Source: Welwitschia mirabilis
Lineage: Eukaryota
Direction: 5' to 3'
NCBI GenBank assembly: GCA_051453625.1
Contig: JBOZIK010000001.1
Coordinates: 4,555,481-4,593,375 of the forward strand
Length of the DNA stretch: 37,895 nucleotides
Shown here: positions 26,276 through 37,895 of the stretch, piece after piece
Position numbering within the stretch: the first letter of the stretch is position 1
Layout: each line of letters starts with the position of its first letter
Made by a program: the position numbers and the translations under genes
Notes under the pieces: generated by a model
Told to the model about the DNA's origin: nothing
The model's database searches: none
The model's input: the letters and a program-made list of their open reading frames with translations, nothing else

Positions 26276-26964
26276 AAATAATGCTTCATTTCCTTTCTTC
26301 CCCACATTTTCTATTGCTATTGCTTTTAACAGGATTCATTTCTCTTAAATCTTGACGATGGTTTACCCTAAAGATAAAGCTTAGCAAGGGTGTAATCCTG
26401 GAACAAAGGCAATAGAACTTATTTATAGGTTTCATGGTATGAGCATTTTCAGAGGAGTTATGCGATTGAAATATCACATTGCAGGCATTACAGGGCATGA
26501 TATTTGTAAGTGTCCTGATCCAAGATATGAAATCGATAAAGAAATCATGCAAGAGTGCATGGCAATGCTTGCAGACAAGGATAGAAAAAGATGTGCTTCT
26601 CAACAAGCAAAGGAAATGATTGCAAAACGAAATCGAGAACAATTTCATTCACATTCGAATGTTCCAGGTGTGGGGTCTTCTCTAGCTGTTGAAGATACTA
26701 CAAGCTATACAAGGACATTTTATGCCCCTCCTCAGATTCAAAAAAGGGATAAAGAGCAAATAGATCTTAGCTTTAACCATGCAAGGCTCAAACAAACAAA
26801 AGTCCCAGTGGTGGGAGAATGGGAAGTTCATCTTCTCCTTCGTTACCACAAAACAAATTGCATAACACTTTACAGATGAAGAAATTGATACTTAAAACCA
26901 AAAACAGAATGGTTGAATTTTAGTATTTTCGCATGTTGCCTCTTAATCCTTTTCGTTCTACTAG

Positions 26965-27525
26965 TGTTTGGTCCTTTACCATCAACCCAAAAAGCCATAA
27001 CTTAGGTGAAAATTAGAGCCCTTTATATTTACCCATTTGTCGGGCTGAGCATGGGGAGCAGATACCCAACAATCTCCCCTCGATCCAAATGCCTAGTGCT
27101 CACATAAAGCAAGAAGCCAGTAGGAAGACTCGAACCCAAGTCCAACCAACAATCATGGCTTTGATACCAATCGTTATGAATCTTTACTATAAATCAATAT
27201 TAAAGAAAACGAAACAGGAAGCACAAGAACAACACACATAGATTTATAAGAAAAACCACAGGAAGCAGATAGAGCTCTTAATCTTATTCAAGGAGCAAAA
27301 AAATCACCATACAAAACAAACCCACAAGCAACCTTTAAATAGGTTTAGGGTTACAAGCCAAGACAATATAGAAAGCTCCTCCCTCCCTTCGTTTTTTTCC
27401 TTTTATTTTAAATACCCCAAGGAGTTAAAACATAACATACTTTTACAACATTACAAAAAGGGGGTTAATGTTAAAACGTGACATTACAATATAAATAACA
27501 CAAATTTGGCTTCACTTTTGCAAAA
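26965..27525 (-). mobile_element. TRIM-like mini LTR element with two unrelated LTRs
   Basis: 107-bp LTR 26965-27071 (TGTTTGG...CCCAACA); PPT AGGGGAGAT at 27080-27072; ~98-bp internal domain; PBS TGGTATCAAAGCC at 27169-27157; ~354-bp copia-type LTR 27172-27525; TSD actag/gctag. Confidence 0.8.
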
Positions 27526-27861
27526 GCTAGCATGTTAAAAGAGATGTGTAATGCAATTTACAAAGTAGGGCCTAATTTCAACCCCTAAGATATACTGAGA
27601 TGAGAAGAAAATTGCTTGATGAAGTTAAATCTCACGTCGATGGCATGCTAAGAAACCACCATAAAAAATGGCATGAAAAAGGTTAATGTGTGATGGTTGG
27701 GAAGACAAGAGAGGCAAAACTTTGTTGAATTTTTTGGTTGCTTTGCATCTGCAATCATGTTTGTATAGAGCATGGATGCATCAAAGCACGTGAAAAATGC
27801 GGAATACTAATTTGAAGTCATTAAAGAATGCAGTAAAGAGATTGGTAGATAGAATGTGGTT

Positions 27862-27905
27862 CAAGTCAAACTTTTAAGCTATACAAGTCAAACTTTTAAG
27901 CTATA
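27862..27905. repeat. 22-bp tandem duplication
   Basis: caagtcaaacttttaagctata twice. Confidence 0.9.
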
Positions 27906-30097
27906 CAATTTTATGACTATTATTTAATTTGTAAGAAGGCATGTTGGCTATTTAGCAATTGGTATCTATTTTATTTTGACTCATTGTTATTTCTTAATTT
28001 AAATTAGGTTTTCACAAACGAAGCAATCCCTTTGTTGAGGCTGGTCAAATTATCATGACTTGCCTATCCAACAATTTATTGGATACCTTTTGTTGCACAT
28101 TGCCTTGATTTCCTTCTGGAAGACATAAGACAAATTCAATGGATCAGAATGGTAACAATCATCCTTACTTCTTTAAACTTTAAGTATATTACTTTTATGG
28201 CATTTGTGTAGTAGAATATTAATAATGTCAATATTGTGGACTTCTGGCCTATCACTTCATGTCTCAATGTATTTGCTAATTAACTTGTCTCCTTTTTTGA
28301 GGTTGTGAGAGATGCAAAAATTATCTCCAGGTGTACCTAGTTACATCAACATGTTCATCATTACTTCTTGCAATTTTCAAATGGCAATGAAATCATCAAG
28401 CCTTCTATAATAAGGTTTGCCACTAAATTTATTCTACCAAATTCCTTATCCAAAAGCAAAAGTGCTTTGATGAACATGTTCGTTAGTTAAAAAATGGAGA
28501 GATCCTAAAAAATTCAATAGGATTAGGTGACTTCCTTTAGCAAAGATTCCCAAAAGAATAGTGTTTGATGAAACAAATTTTTAGTTTGGTGTAGATGATA
28601 TTTTATGCGTAAGTGATTCCAATTTCCAACTCTATAGTTTATACTTTTAGATTTTTCACATTGACATATTAAGCAAGTTGATGTAATGTTTTTTATTTTG
28701 TTTGTACAAATCACTGAATCTTTAGTAAAGGTGTTACATATCGTAGATAGTGAGGGACCTTCCATGGGATTCATTTATGATGTGATGGAGAAGACTAGAA
28801 GTCAAGTTGAGACTTAGATGCTTGCAAGCAAACAAGATTTAGACTAGGCACACATATCCTCTCTTCTGCAACAAAAATGGAATGAACATTTGCATACAGA
28901 TTTGCATGCTACAGCACATGTTCTAAATACAAAAATTGGTTTTCAAAAACCACTTCTATATCATCTTCATCTTGCCACAAGAATCACCCATGTTTTTTAC
29001 AATATGGTAACCAATCCATGAAAGTCGTTATAGCTCATAAATAAGCTACACAAATATGGAAAGAAAGATTGCCCAACACTCATGATGGCCTCAAGTGAAT
29101 GCGAAGTTAATGAATGTACATCAGGTAAACTTTATGGTCTACAATTAACAGAATGTACTCTTACATAGAAGTTGGTAATTTTTTACTTTAGTAGTGTAGC
29201 GCTGTTCCCTAAGATTCAATGATTTTACTTTGGTTATTTATTATTCTAGATGATTGGTAGCTTGCTTTTGGAACAAAAGTGTCAAATTTACAGCTAGCCA
29301 TTAAATATTAACCCAACCCTGCACTACATCCAGTAAGTTGGTTGCACGTTTGCAATTTTGCACATAGAATTTTCTTGTGTTCTCATATAATTTAAGTGTT
29401 TTTGTGCATTTTGGAGTTATTTTATACATCATTAATTATTGTCTTTTTCATGTTGATTTAGGGTGTGAAAGGAATTGCAGTGTATTTGAATATATTCACT
29501 CTAAAAAATGTAACAGGCTCATTACAGAGAAATTAAATGATCTTGTATCTTTGCATTGCAATCTGAAGTTAATACACAAAGATATCGTGAGGGCTATTGG
29601 TGCCATCAAAGACAATGAGCATGATGACGTAGATTTTGGAAATGTTCATATGCTTTTGAGCCTCTTTATGATTGGGTTCTTGCCACTATTGATGATGACC
29701 ACATGCACACATTCATGCATCTACTATTGATGGAGCTTCTACTTCTCATGTACATGCACAGGAGGAAACAGAGGAAGTAGAATTTCCTCCAAATGAAGAT
29801 CTTTGTGTTTTGCCTCTTCTTAATGCACCTCCATTTCAGGCTAAAACATCTCATCCACAACACCACTCTTCACAACCCTCATATGTTGGCTAATGATTCT
29901 AATGATGATAATTCCAATGAGGAGGAGGAGAAGGAAATGGCTAGAGGTGCAAAGATTACTCCCAATCATGATGACTTATTCACTAATGAAGAACTTTNNN
30001 NNNNNNNNNNNNNNNNNNNNNNNNNNNNNNNNNNNNNNNNNNNNNNNNNNNNNNNNNNNNNNNNNNNNNNNNNNNNNNNNNNNNNNNNNNNNNNNNN

Positions 30098-31747
30098 TTG
30101 GAAGTAAACTCACCTCCATTATCTGTCATCAATTCTTTAATTTTACAACCAGTTTCATTCTCAACTCTGGCCTTCAAAATTCTAAATGTCTGAAAAGCTT
30201 CATCTTTTGATTTTAAAGGGTACAGCCATAACCTTTTAGAAAAATCGTCAACAAAAGTAATGAAATATACAGCACCTCCCAAAGAGGTGTGTCCAATGGG
30301 GCCAACTAAATTAGAATGAATTAATTCTAATCTATATTGTTTTAAACGCTTACTATTTCTTTTAAAGGTCACTCTCCTAATTTTACCAATCACACAATTT
30401 GAACAGAAATCAAAAGAGGGGGAAACTTTAAGTAATAAACCTTTAGAAATAAGTACCTGTAGACCTGTTTCGCTCAGATGCCCAAGACGCTTGTGCCACG
30501 TACCTACTGTAACTTCTCCACTGGCCACACAAGTTAAATTAACAAGATTAACAGAACGTAAAACATACACGGTACTTTCTCTACTTCCATAGGCAATCAT
30601 TAATGCTCCTTCACTGATTTTCCAAGAACTACTATCAAACATGGTTATAAAACCACTATCACTAAGCCGAATAGCTGAGATCAGATTCTTTGCCAAACCT
30701 AGAACATGTCTAACATTGGCCAAAGTGATGGTCTGAGGACAATCGTTCCTTTTTGATCTTATATTTACGATCATCTCCCAACCAAACACGACACATCTGT
30801 GATAGGTTCATAAGAAGAAAGAATGCTTTACTTGGGCAAACATGAAATAAGACACTAGTATCAATTGTCTAAACCTCTGAAATTGAGTACGCAAAGACAT
30901 GAGCGTCTCCTCCCTGCGTTAACAGAGTAATGTCAGCTTCACTATCCAAAGGTGAAGCAAAATTGGACGCGTCCTCGTTCGTTTCATCCCTCTTTTCATG
31001 TTTGTCTTTAAGCTTCTAGCAATCTTTTACAATATGCCCTTTCTTCTTGCAGTAATGGCAGACAACGTCCCTGCCTTCGGACCTAGCTATGCTCTTGCTT
31101 CTACTATGTCCTCCCTTAGATTGCGAACGTCCTCTATAAGTTGCCAAAGCCTCTCCTTGTTTCTCACTGCTACATGGACCAAATGCATTCTGCTTTTCTA
31201 TATCCAATAACATTACTATAAGTTCTTCAAGTGCTAAACTATTCTTACCAGCAGCTCTGAGAAAATGAAATTAGAATAGAGTAATGTACATCGCCTCTGT
31301 AAATGTGATCCCAAGATCACCAATTTGCGAAAATATGTTTTACATCTCATCCAAATGACTCAAAAATCTTGTTCCTTCTTTCATCTTTGTAGCGAAAGCT
31401 TGGCTAAGGGCCACATACCTATTTATCAAAGAAGGCTAGTCGTACCACTCTTTCAACTTTTGCCAAAGTGCCTACGTAGTCAGATTTCTTGAATGAGCCT
31501 TCAAAATGCTATTGCTGAGACAAAGGCCAATGAAAGACAAGGCATTGGAATTTATCTCGTCCCATTTGGCATCTGGCATGAAGGCCAACCAAGTCGTATC
31601 ATCCATCTTCAAATCTGCCTTTGCTTATGCTTTCGTCTTTAGACCAAGTTTACATCCCTTTTGCTGCAGAATGTCTTCTATCAAGATTTTCCACACACCC
31701 CAATATTCTGGGCCCCAAAGTCTGTCTGTTGTTTGCAAACACTTCAT
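30098..31747 (-). pseudogene. Copia gag-pol pseudogene (Gag, Zn knuckle, protease, GAG-pre-integrase, integrase core), cut by gap
   Basis: ATG at 31747; ALWQKLKEWY; CHYCKKKGHIVKDC knuckle; *TIDTSVLFHVC protease; WHKRLGHLSE; ELIHSNLVGP (the catalytic Asp of HSD appears as Asn); LMTDNGGEFTS. Several in-frame stops in gag. Confidence 0.92.
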
Positions 31748-31799
31748 TTGAAACTCTAGCACTTCGATCTAAACTTGCTAAGAAAGTACTTTGAACCTC

Positions 31800-31811
31800 G
31801 CTCTGATACCA
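31800..31811 (-). other. Primer-binding site (tRNA-iMet)
   Basis: gctctgatacca is TGGTATCAGAGC on the minus strand, 2 bp from the 5' LTR. Confidence 0.93.
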
Positions 31812-31813
31812 CT

Positions 31814-32103
31814 TATTACAAATCTAACAAGAAGAAAGTACTAAAACAAAATGAAACAACATGCACACAAAAGGAACAACACAAAATTCACACGGTTCGG
31901 GCTCTTTTTACCCTACGTCCACGAGAAGCGATGCAGAGCTCTATTGATTGATTAGGAGCAAATGTATTCCAGATACAACAAACAACCCTCTAACAAGTTT
32001 ATATAGCCTTAGGGTTAGGGCTACAAGCCAATCTTACAACTTTAAATAGGAGTCAATGTTAACATTTCAACATAAATAGTATATTTGGCTTCACATATCA
32101 ACA
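31814..32103 (-). repeat. Copia 5' LTR
   Basis: Aligns end to end with 20001-20300 (roughly 90% by eye plus a few indels); tattaca...tcaaca termini. Confidence 0.9.
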
Positions 32104-32108
32104 ATTTT

Positions 32109-33750
32109 AGTAGGGTCAAGCATCCAATGTAAGACACTTGTGATAAGAAATGAAGTTTCTATAGTTAAATATCATGGTTAAATAAATAGAATGGCAAGGA
32201 TTGAGGTGAAAAGTGCATTACCTTAGAAAGTGAAACCAATTGAAATTACCTCTTGCCCCGATGTTCTATAAGTTTCAAAGCTGCCTATGCAGCCCTAAAT
32301 TACGCTCTACCATGAATTCCCTGGCAGTTTCATTCTGCACTACAGAAACTTCACCTGAACTCCAAAGAATTCACAGGTGCACTGTGCATTTGGAAACATC
32401 AAAGACTACACAAGATAGATAGCCAACACCTCTCGAAAATGCAGGCTAAATAACAAAGAACAAGAATCTCATGAAGAAGTTTATACATCTTCCCTAACAC
32501 TGGTAATGTGTTTCTTAACAGATAACCATCTACAAAAACCATCATATAACCACCATTGAATCCATTTTTGCCTCTGAAACAAAGACACAATGAAATACTG
32601 CTAAAAACCAAAGCAAGCAACCACCCCAAGAAAGATTAGCATCACCAATCTCTGCTATGTAGAACTTGCCTTTCAGCAGTTGCCTTTCTGCTTTGCATGC
32701 CACTGGTATAATTAACTTCACCTTATCAACAGTACTCATTGCCGAGTGCCAACATCGGCCTTTTATTGAGCCTAGAGTCATCTACCACCTGATGCACTGC
32801 ATCATTCCACGTCAGACTCCATGCCTTGGAAAACTTCACAATATCCTGTCAAGTGAATATCTACTCCAAGTCACCAACAAATTTTGTAACTCCTCAATGG
32901 CATGAATAGGCATCCTGTTTACCTTGTCATCATGAATAGGCATGAATACATACACTTTTTCAGATCAGTTAAACTCCATTTCTATTTTGGATGTTATAAA
33001 TGACAACAACTATTGCCTTCCATCCACATATTTCTGTATTCACTCCAGCCAATCACAGCCTTTCCAAAACATAAGAAAATCTAGACAATCTATCCAAAAT
33101 TTTATTCCCATCTTTAATAACAATCAGCACATTCATCATCTCCCTGCTAGTTTCCAAGAACTAATGAATTTGCCATGACACTACTTGCATTGGATCTCTC
33201 AAGAAATTCAAAAAAAGACTAGGTTTGCACCTACCTCAAATTCACTCACATGGGACACAGAAGAAGTCATACGATGTTCCATTTTCACTTAAAACCATAG
33301 GTGATCTAAGTTCCCTCATTTGCTTCACTTAGGATCAATGAATTTCTTCAAGTATACAACTTGGTTGTATCATTTTGCCATCAGTTCTTATCTCCTTACA
33401 AATGAAGGACTCCTTGATGATGTTTTCTGTCATGATGAACATGTACATCTCCTGTAAGAATTCAGTTAGGATACGTATCATTTCAATCCTGATCCGTGCA
33501 CAAACTGCTTGCCATTCTAGACTATTCAATTTCCCTGAAATGATCTGTTGGATCACTCTCTGAAAGCAGTTTTCTGTCTCAAATTTCTAGTGAAAATCAA
33601 TAAGTTTGAAGATTACAACTTTGCTAGTTTCTGATCAATCATTGTTGGGTTCATAGGGGAACCATCTTTTAGCTGACAATTGAAAGCCTTATCCAGGGCA
33701 TATCCATACCATAGGGTTCACAATACCGTTTCTTTACTTTCTCCAAGAAC
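32109..33750 (-). mobile_element. L1 LINE reverse transcriptase remnant (5' part of the LINE split by the copia)
   Basis: Minus-strand remnants NGTSYDFF (~33280; cf. VNG...FF.S.RG.RQG), GDD..VLIVI (~33140; cf. FADDVLIF) and an GLEVN-like segment (~33045). Many frameshifts. Confidence 0.6.
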
Positions 33751-34300
33751 ACATTTGTTGTTGCCTCTGAAACACACATGCTTAACAAATTGTTGCAGAG
33801 TCACGAACAAATCATTGGCAATGCCATGTCGTTCATCTCAATTCAATCTTTATATCACATATCATAAGGCCACATCCTTTATAGCACAGCCCTACACTTC
33901 TTTTGTGTCAACATGTCCTTCATCAATATCTTCCAAATCTGCTAGTTCTTCGCACAAATAAGATGCTCTCTTGTCCGCAATATCTCCAATATGGTTCAAG
34001 AAATCAGAAAGTTCTAAACACAAACTCCACAATGTGAATCCAAAACCCACAAGAGAAATAACTCACACAAGAGATTTAATAAGGTATGTCCCCTTCCTAA
34101 CTTACATCCTTGAGAAACCAGCGCAAACCTCTCATTGATATAAGAAAGTTCTATGAATACAAATGGAAATAAAGCACACAATATCATAGGATGCCTTCCT
34201 AAATAGCTTTTAAGATATAAATATTAGAGAACTAATGTAACAAACTGCCAAAAAGCTCAGAACCGCCATACTTCTTTTTTCTAAAGTTATAGTTTGAGAT

Positions 34301-34612
34301 GGCCCTCAGCGCACATCCTAGTGGTGAAGAGCTTGGCTTCCCACCTTCGAGACCAAGGTTCGAATCCATGGGGATGTCCTATAACTTCTACTGCATTGGG
34401 TGTAAAGGGGGCTCTACACTTGACTTACAGGGCAGTCAAATAAGAAAGAAATTAAGACAGATGGAGGCTATAGGCATGATTTGGGGCTACGTGACAGGTC
34501 ACAATAATCTTGAGAAACCATGCAGCTAGAGAGTTTACTATATCTCCAGCCAAGTGACCCTTCATGCAAGGGGGAGGGTTCTCTTCATTACTCGGGCTAC
34601 AGGGAAAAAAGG
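34301..34612 (+). mobile_element. tRNA-derived SINE with target-site duplication
   Basis: A-box-like catcctagtgg (34314-34324), perfect B box GGTTCGAATCC (34357-34367), short A tail, and TSD gttatagtttga at 34286-34297 and 34613-34624. Confidence 0.85.
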
Positions 34613-35439
34613 GTTATAGTTTGATATAATAACAATCCAGATAACAAAAAAACAACAAGTCATGCTGGAAATCAAAATCCAACAAGAGGCGGCGCATCTA
34701 GATGACAAAAATTTCATTAAAAAACACCGAATCCCAATTTCAGAAATGTTGTTCCATACCTGGCTAGAAACGATTACGAAGGAATGTCTGGAAAATCAAA
34801 ATCCTAATCACAAAATTCATTGTCAATATGAATAATTTAAATGAGAGTACTCTATTGAAGGTCCCTTGAACAACAAATAATGCAAGCATAGTTACATCTA
34901 ACTTGCAAGTGTAGATATTTTACATATTAAATAAATTTTTATATGAGTTTGAATTTTAAAAAATAAAGTAAAGAAAATAATTTCATAATATTAGGCACTC
35001 AATCAATTGTAATACTAAGAAATAGGTTTTTGAGCCAACTATATAGTTCCTTAACTATATTTGAATAACTAAATTGTTGGCTTCTAATCTAAGTATAATC
35101 ACCATTTGCTCAAAATCAGAATTTTAATAGTTGGAATCGTCATTCAAAAGTGAATCACATTTCCACTTGGTATTGCGATTCTATACAATGCAAAATCAAA
35201 ATGATTAAAAACGAACACAAAAATAAAAAATTGGACTGGGTGAGGTTGCTATTCTAAGGCTCGAAGGTGTCTACTTAGGAAAGGCTACAAACAACTTATC
35301 CTCACACATATTGATCTCCATGTGTTGTCCATTATTTGGACTTACTGACTGAGGATATTAGCAAGTTGTCTTGGATTAGGCCTGTAAGTTAAATGTTCAC
35401 TGAGATTTGAGAATTTGGACTTTTTAGAATTCGTTTTGA

Positions 35440-37140
35440 TATTGTTTCCTTCATTTCCCTACTAAAATATTTACAATGTGTTCATTCAATGTTTATCTAG
35501 TGATCATCGCTTCCTGATCCACATTTACAAGTTTTATCTAATCACATGACTTGATCCATTCCTTGCTTTACAGATACACAAAGGATAGGTACTTAGCAAC
35601 ACATGCTATTACTAGGCTTGCTACAAACTTTCTAATGTTGCAAAGCTTTATGGAGTTTAAGGGGAAGTTCATGCATCCATCTGTATCTCTTTAAGTGGTT
35701 GTCTAATAGTCCTTCTCGAGATCATTTGCACAGTTCTCCTAAGGGAATATTTATCAATAGCTAGCCTGGTATATGGCCTTTCTCATTGTATAGGAAACAA
35801 AAAAATAATAGATTCATTTTCTTACATACTTTCATAGTTCCCTTATGAGATTTCATTAAATTGATTTCATGTGTACTTTAACAAATCTTCGAGCCATTGG
35901 TGAAGTTATTGAGGTCCGTGGATTCTAATAATCCCCCATAAGGTATGTTTATGATGTTATGGCCACTATGAGGGCCAAGGCATATCAAACAAATAGAAAT
36001 GAAATATGAACAAGGGGCAAAGCAAATAGAGAGGCTTATTAAGAAGACATGGAGCAAAATGTTAACACTGATTTGTACACTCCAGCATATGTTCTACATC
36101 CAAAGTTTGGTTTGGGAAAGTATGATGAGCTAAATGATAAAGAAAAAATCAGAAAGACTACTCAAGAGGTAATTTAAAAAACAAATCACAACTTAATACC
36201 TTCAATTTCTTTTCAATTTTGTATCTTTTCAATTTGTATGAATATGTTGTATAGGTTATTGCTATTACAAAGGTTGACACTTCATAAGTATTTGATTTTT
36301 GACTCTTCCTTTTGTCTTGTAAAAGTCCTTTAGACAATGAGAAATCTCTATTTATTGCAAGGTGTGACAGTAATTGGAGTGTTTAAGCATATCCATTCCA
36401 AGAGGCATAATAGATTGGACCAAGGTAGATTAAGCAAGCTAGCCGGTGTATACTCCAATTAAAAAAAAAAACTATCATAAATCTCGTGGAGAAGGAAAAC
36501 AAAGGAAAAGATATGATTTGGCCTGACAGATCAATACTAACATGGAGTTGGAGGAGGTTGATGATGATTTAACATTAGCAAATTAGATTCTTGATGAGCC
36601 CTATGTGACACGACTAAAAGGTATCACACCTAAGAACACAACACAGCAGGGACCAAATGATTTAGAGATTCCAACTGGGCATCCTGGTGCTCCTAATAAC
36701 GATGATTTATTATTGAATGATGAGCCACCAGAGCCAAAGTTAGAGGTCAATTTTGATATCAACCTCAATGGTGATCTTCAAAGTGGAGTCGCCATTTTAG
36801 AGCATCCAGCAACAAACCCAGAGGATTTCAATGATGATGGTGGTGGAGGTGGTGACTACGATCCATACGATGATATTCAGATTAAGCAAGAAGGTGATCT
36901 TCCTAAGGAATTTGCTAGACTGTTAAGAGTAATGATATTTAGAGGGAGATGGAACTTAAGCATCAGATGCTTCAGTATTAGTTAGAAGAAATAAGAGATC
37001 TAATATATGATAATGATGTTGGACCTTCAAGGGGACCTTCTCGAGCTAGAGGACATCCCCTAAGAAGAGAACTTGTATCAGAGCACTCTGTGGAGAATCC
37101 TCTAGGGGATAGTAGCATCAGTCAAGCAGAGGCCTGTTAG
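35440..37140 (+). mobile_element. Second hAT transposase remnant
   Basis: TRLATNFLMLQS (~35610), EPLVKLLRSVDS (~35890), LYTPAYVLHP (~36075) and CDSNWSV..HIHSKRHNRLDQ (~36362). ORF 36605-36985 is an acidic tail; stops and frameshifts present. Confidence 0.85.
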
Positions 37141-37895
37141 GGCCGTCATATATTATTGTTGATATTTGGTACTTTTTACTTATGCATGTTAGGATGTCAA
37201 AAACACATGCTTTATTTTCTACAAACAATTGATCATGGATCAGTTCTCAATACACCTTCCTTACTTTTTGCATCACTGCAACAGGATAATTAGAATTTTT
37301 AAACATTCAAAATAAGCTATACATATTAATCATGTTGTTATCTTAATGTAAAACACATCTATATTTTAGTTGTTACATGTTTTTTTAATCTAAAGAAGAA
37401 TCAGAATTGAAACACATGCGTAAATCTTAGTACGAAACTAAGAACCTACATATGTAGTCATCCCCAATTAGTCTTATTTCTAGGGGAAATTATTTTACTA
37501 TATTTTAAGAACTTATGCAAACTCCCCACGTCTATGACAGTTTGATCTGATTTATGCGCTAATTTTTGTGCCAATTTCAATTTTTAAGGGTGGCAATTCC
37601 TGCGGTGATCCAAATTCTAAATGCTATGGTTTGAATAGTAAATAGTGATCATTATGTTAATGTTGCATAACATAGGTAGCAATGCTATAGAGGATGAAAT
37701 GCTACTTCAAGATGTTATGCTAAGACATTATGATACTCCAAACTTCCTACTAAGGTTACTAGGATATTTTACACAAATCATCCTGATAAGGTTGAGGAGA
37801 ATTTGCCCACAATGGTCAGTTTACAGAAGGATATATCAAAAGAGTCATAGCCATTGAAGGACGGATTCCCATATGTCAATAAGAAGCAGCCTAGA

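Larger units (their letters stand above)
26439..29997 (+). mobile_element. hAT transposase remnant (zf-BED, DUF659, hAT dimerisation), interrupted
   Basis: GVMRLKYHIAGITGHDICKCP; EMCNAIYKVGPNF; MCDGWEDKRGKTLLNFLV; PFVAHCLDFLLEDI; RFATKF; SLVKVLHIVDSEGPSMGFIY; LHTDLHATAHVLN; GCERNCSVFEYIHSKKCNRLITEKLNDLV. Stops and frameshifts present. Confidence 0.9.
20001..32103 (-). mobile_element. Ty1/copia LTR retrotransposon (Tnt1/Tork-like), inactive, with nested or misassembled interior
   Basis: Two homologous ~300-bp LTRs in direct orientation, PBS next to the right LTR, PPT next to the left LTR, 5-bp TSD ATTTT at 19996-20000 and 32104-32108. Flanks are two halves of one LINE. Confidence 0.85.

Noticed and set aside
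34030-34250. Possible decayed solo LTR
   Set aside because: LTR-like wording (cacaagagattt...tacatcc...ctctcattgat) but no definable termini or TSD.
34301-34375. Functional tRNA gene
   Set aside because: No proper cloverleaf or acceptor stem; it has a body, A tail and TSD, so it was called a SINE.
36605-36985. 126-aa acidic ORF as a host gene
   Set aside because: GTG start, directly after the hAT dimerisation motif; best read as the transposase's acidic tail.
37645-37895. 70-aa ORF or RTE-LINE-like remnant
   Set aside because: Similarity too faint to support and truncated by the window end.

Overview
AT-rich plant nuclear DNA with three assembly gaps (5420-5519, 22170-22179, 29998-30097). 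The only recognisable host gene is the 3' end of a GBF-interacting protein 1-like (DUF1296 family) gene on the minus strand: three phase-0 exons at 18772-18620, 18525-18028 and 17939-17649. No upstream exon was seen, so 18773-37895 appears to be part of one very large intron filled with TEs. In it, an L1 LINE is split by a 12.1-kb Ty1/copia element (LTRs 20001-20300 and 31814-32103, TSD ATTTT). As assembled, that copia encloses a decayed antisense ORF, a solo LTR, a hAT transposase remnant, and a 561-bp TRIM-like element with two unrelated LTRs that inserted as a unit (TSD RCTAG). A tRNA-derived SINE with TSD and a second hAT remnant follow. The region 1.3-16 kb is a heavily decayed graveyard of copia and LINE fragments with a plastid 23S rRNA fragment, two SINE copies and a (CT)n tract. 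The most novel candidates are the hetero-LTR TRIM/copia chimera and the copia antisense ORF. All family calls are by-eye motif recognition; no searches were run.
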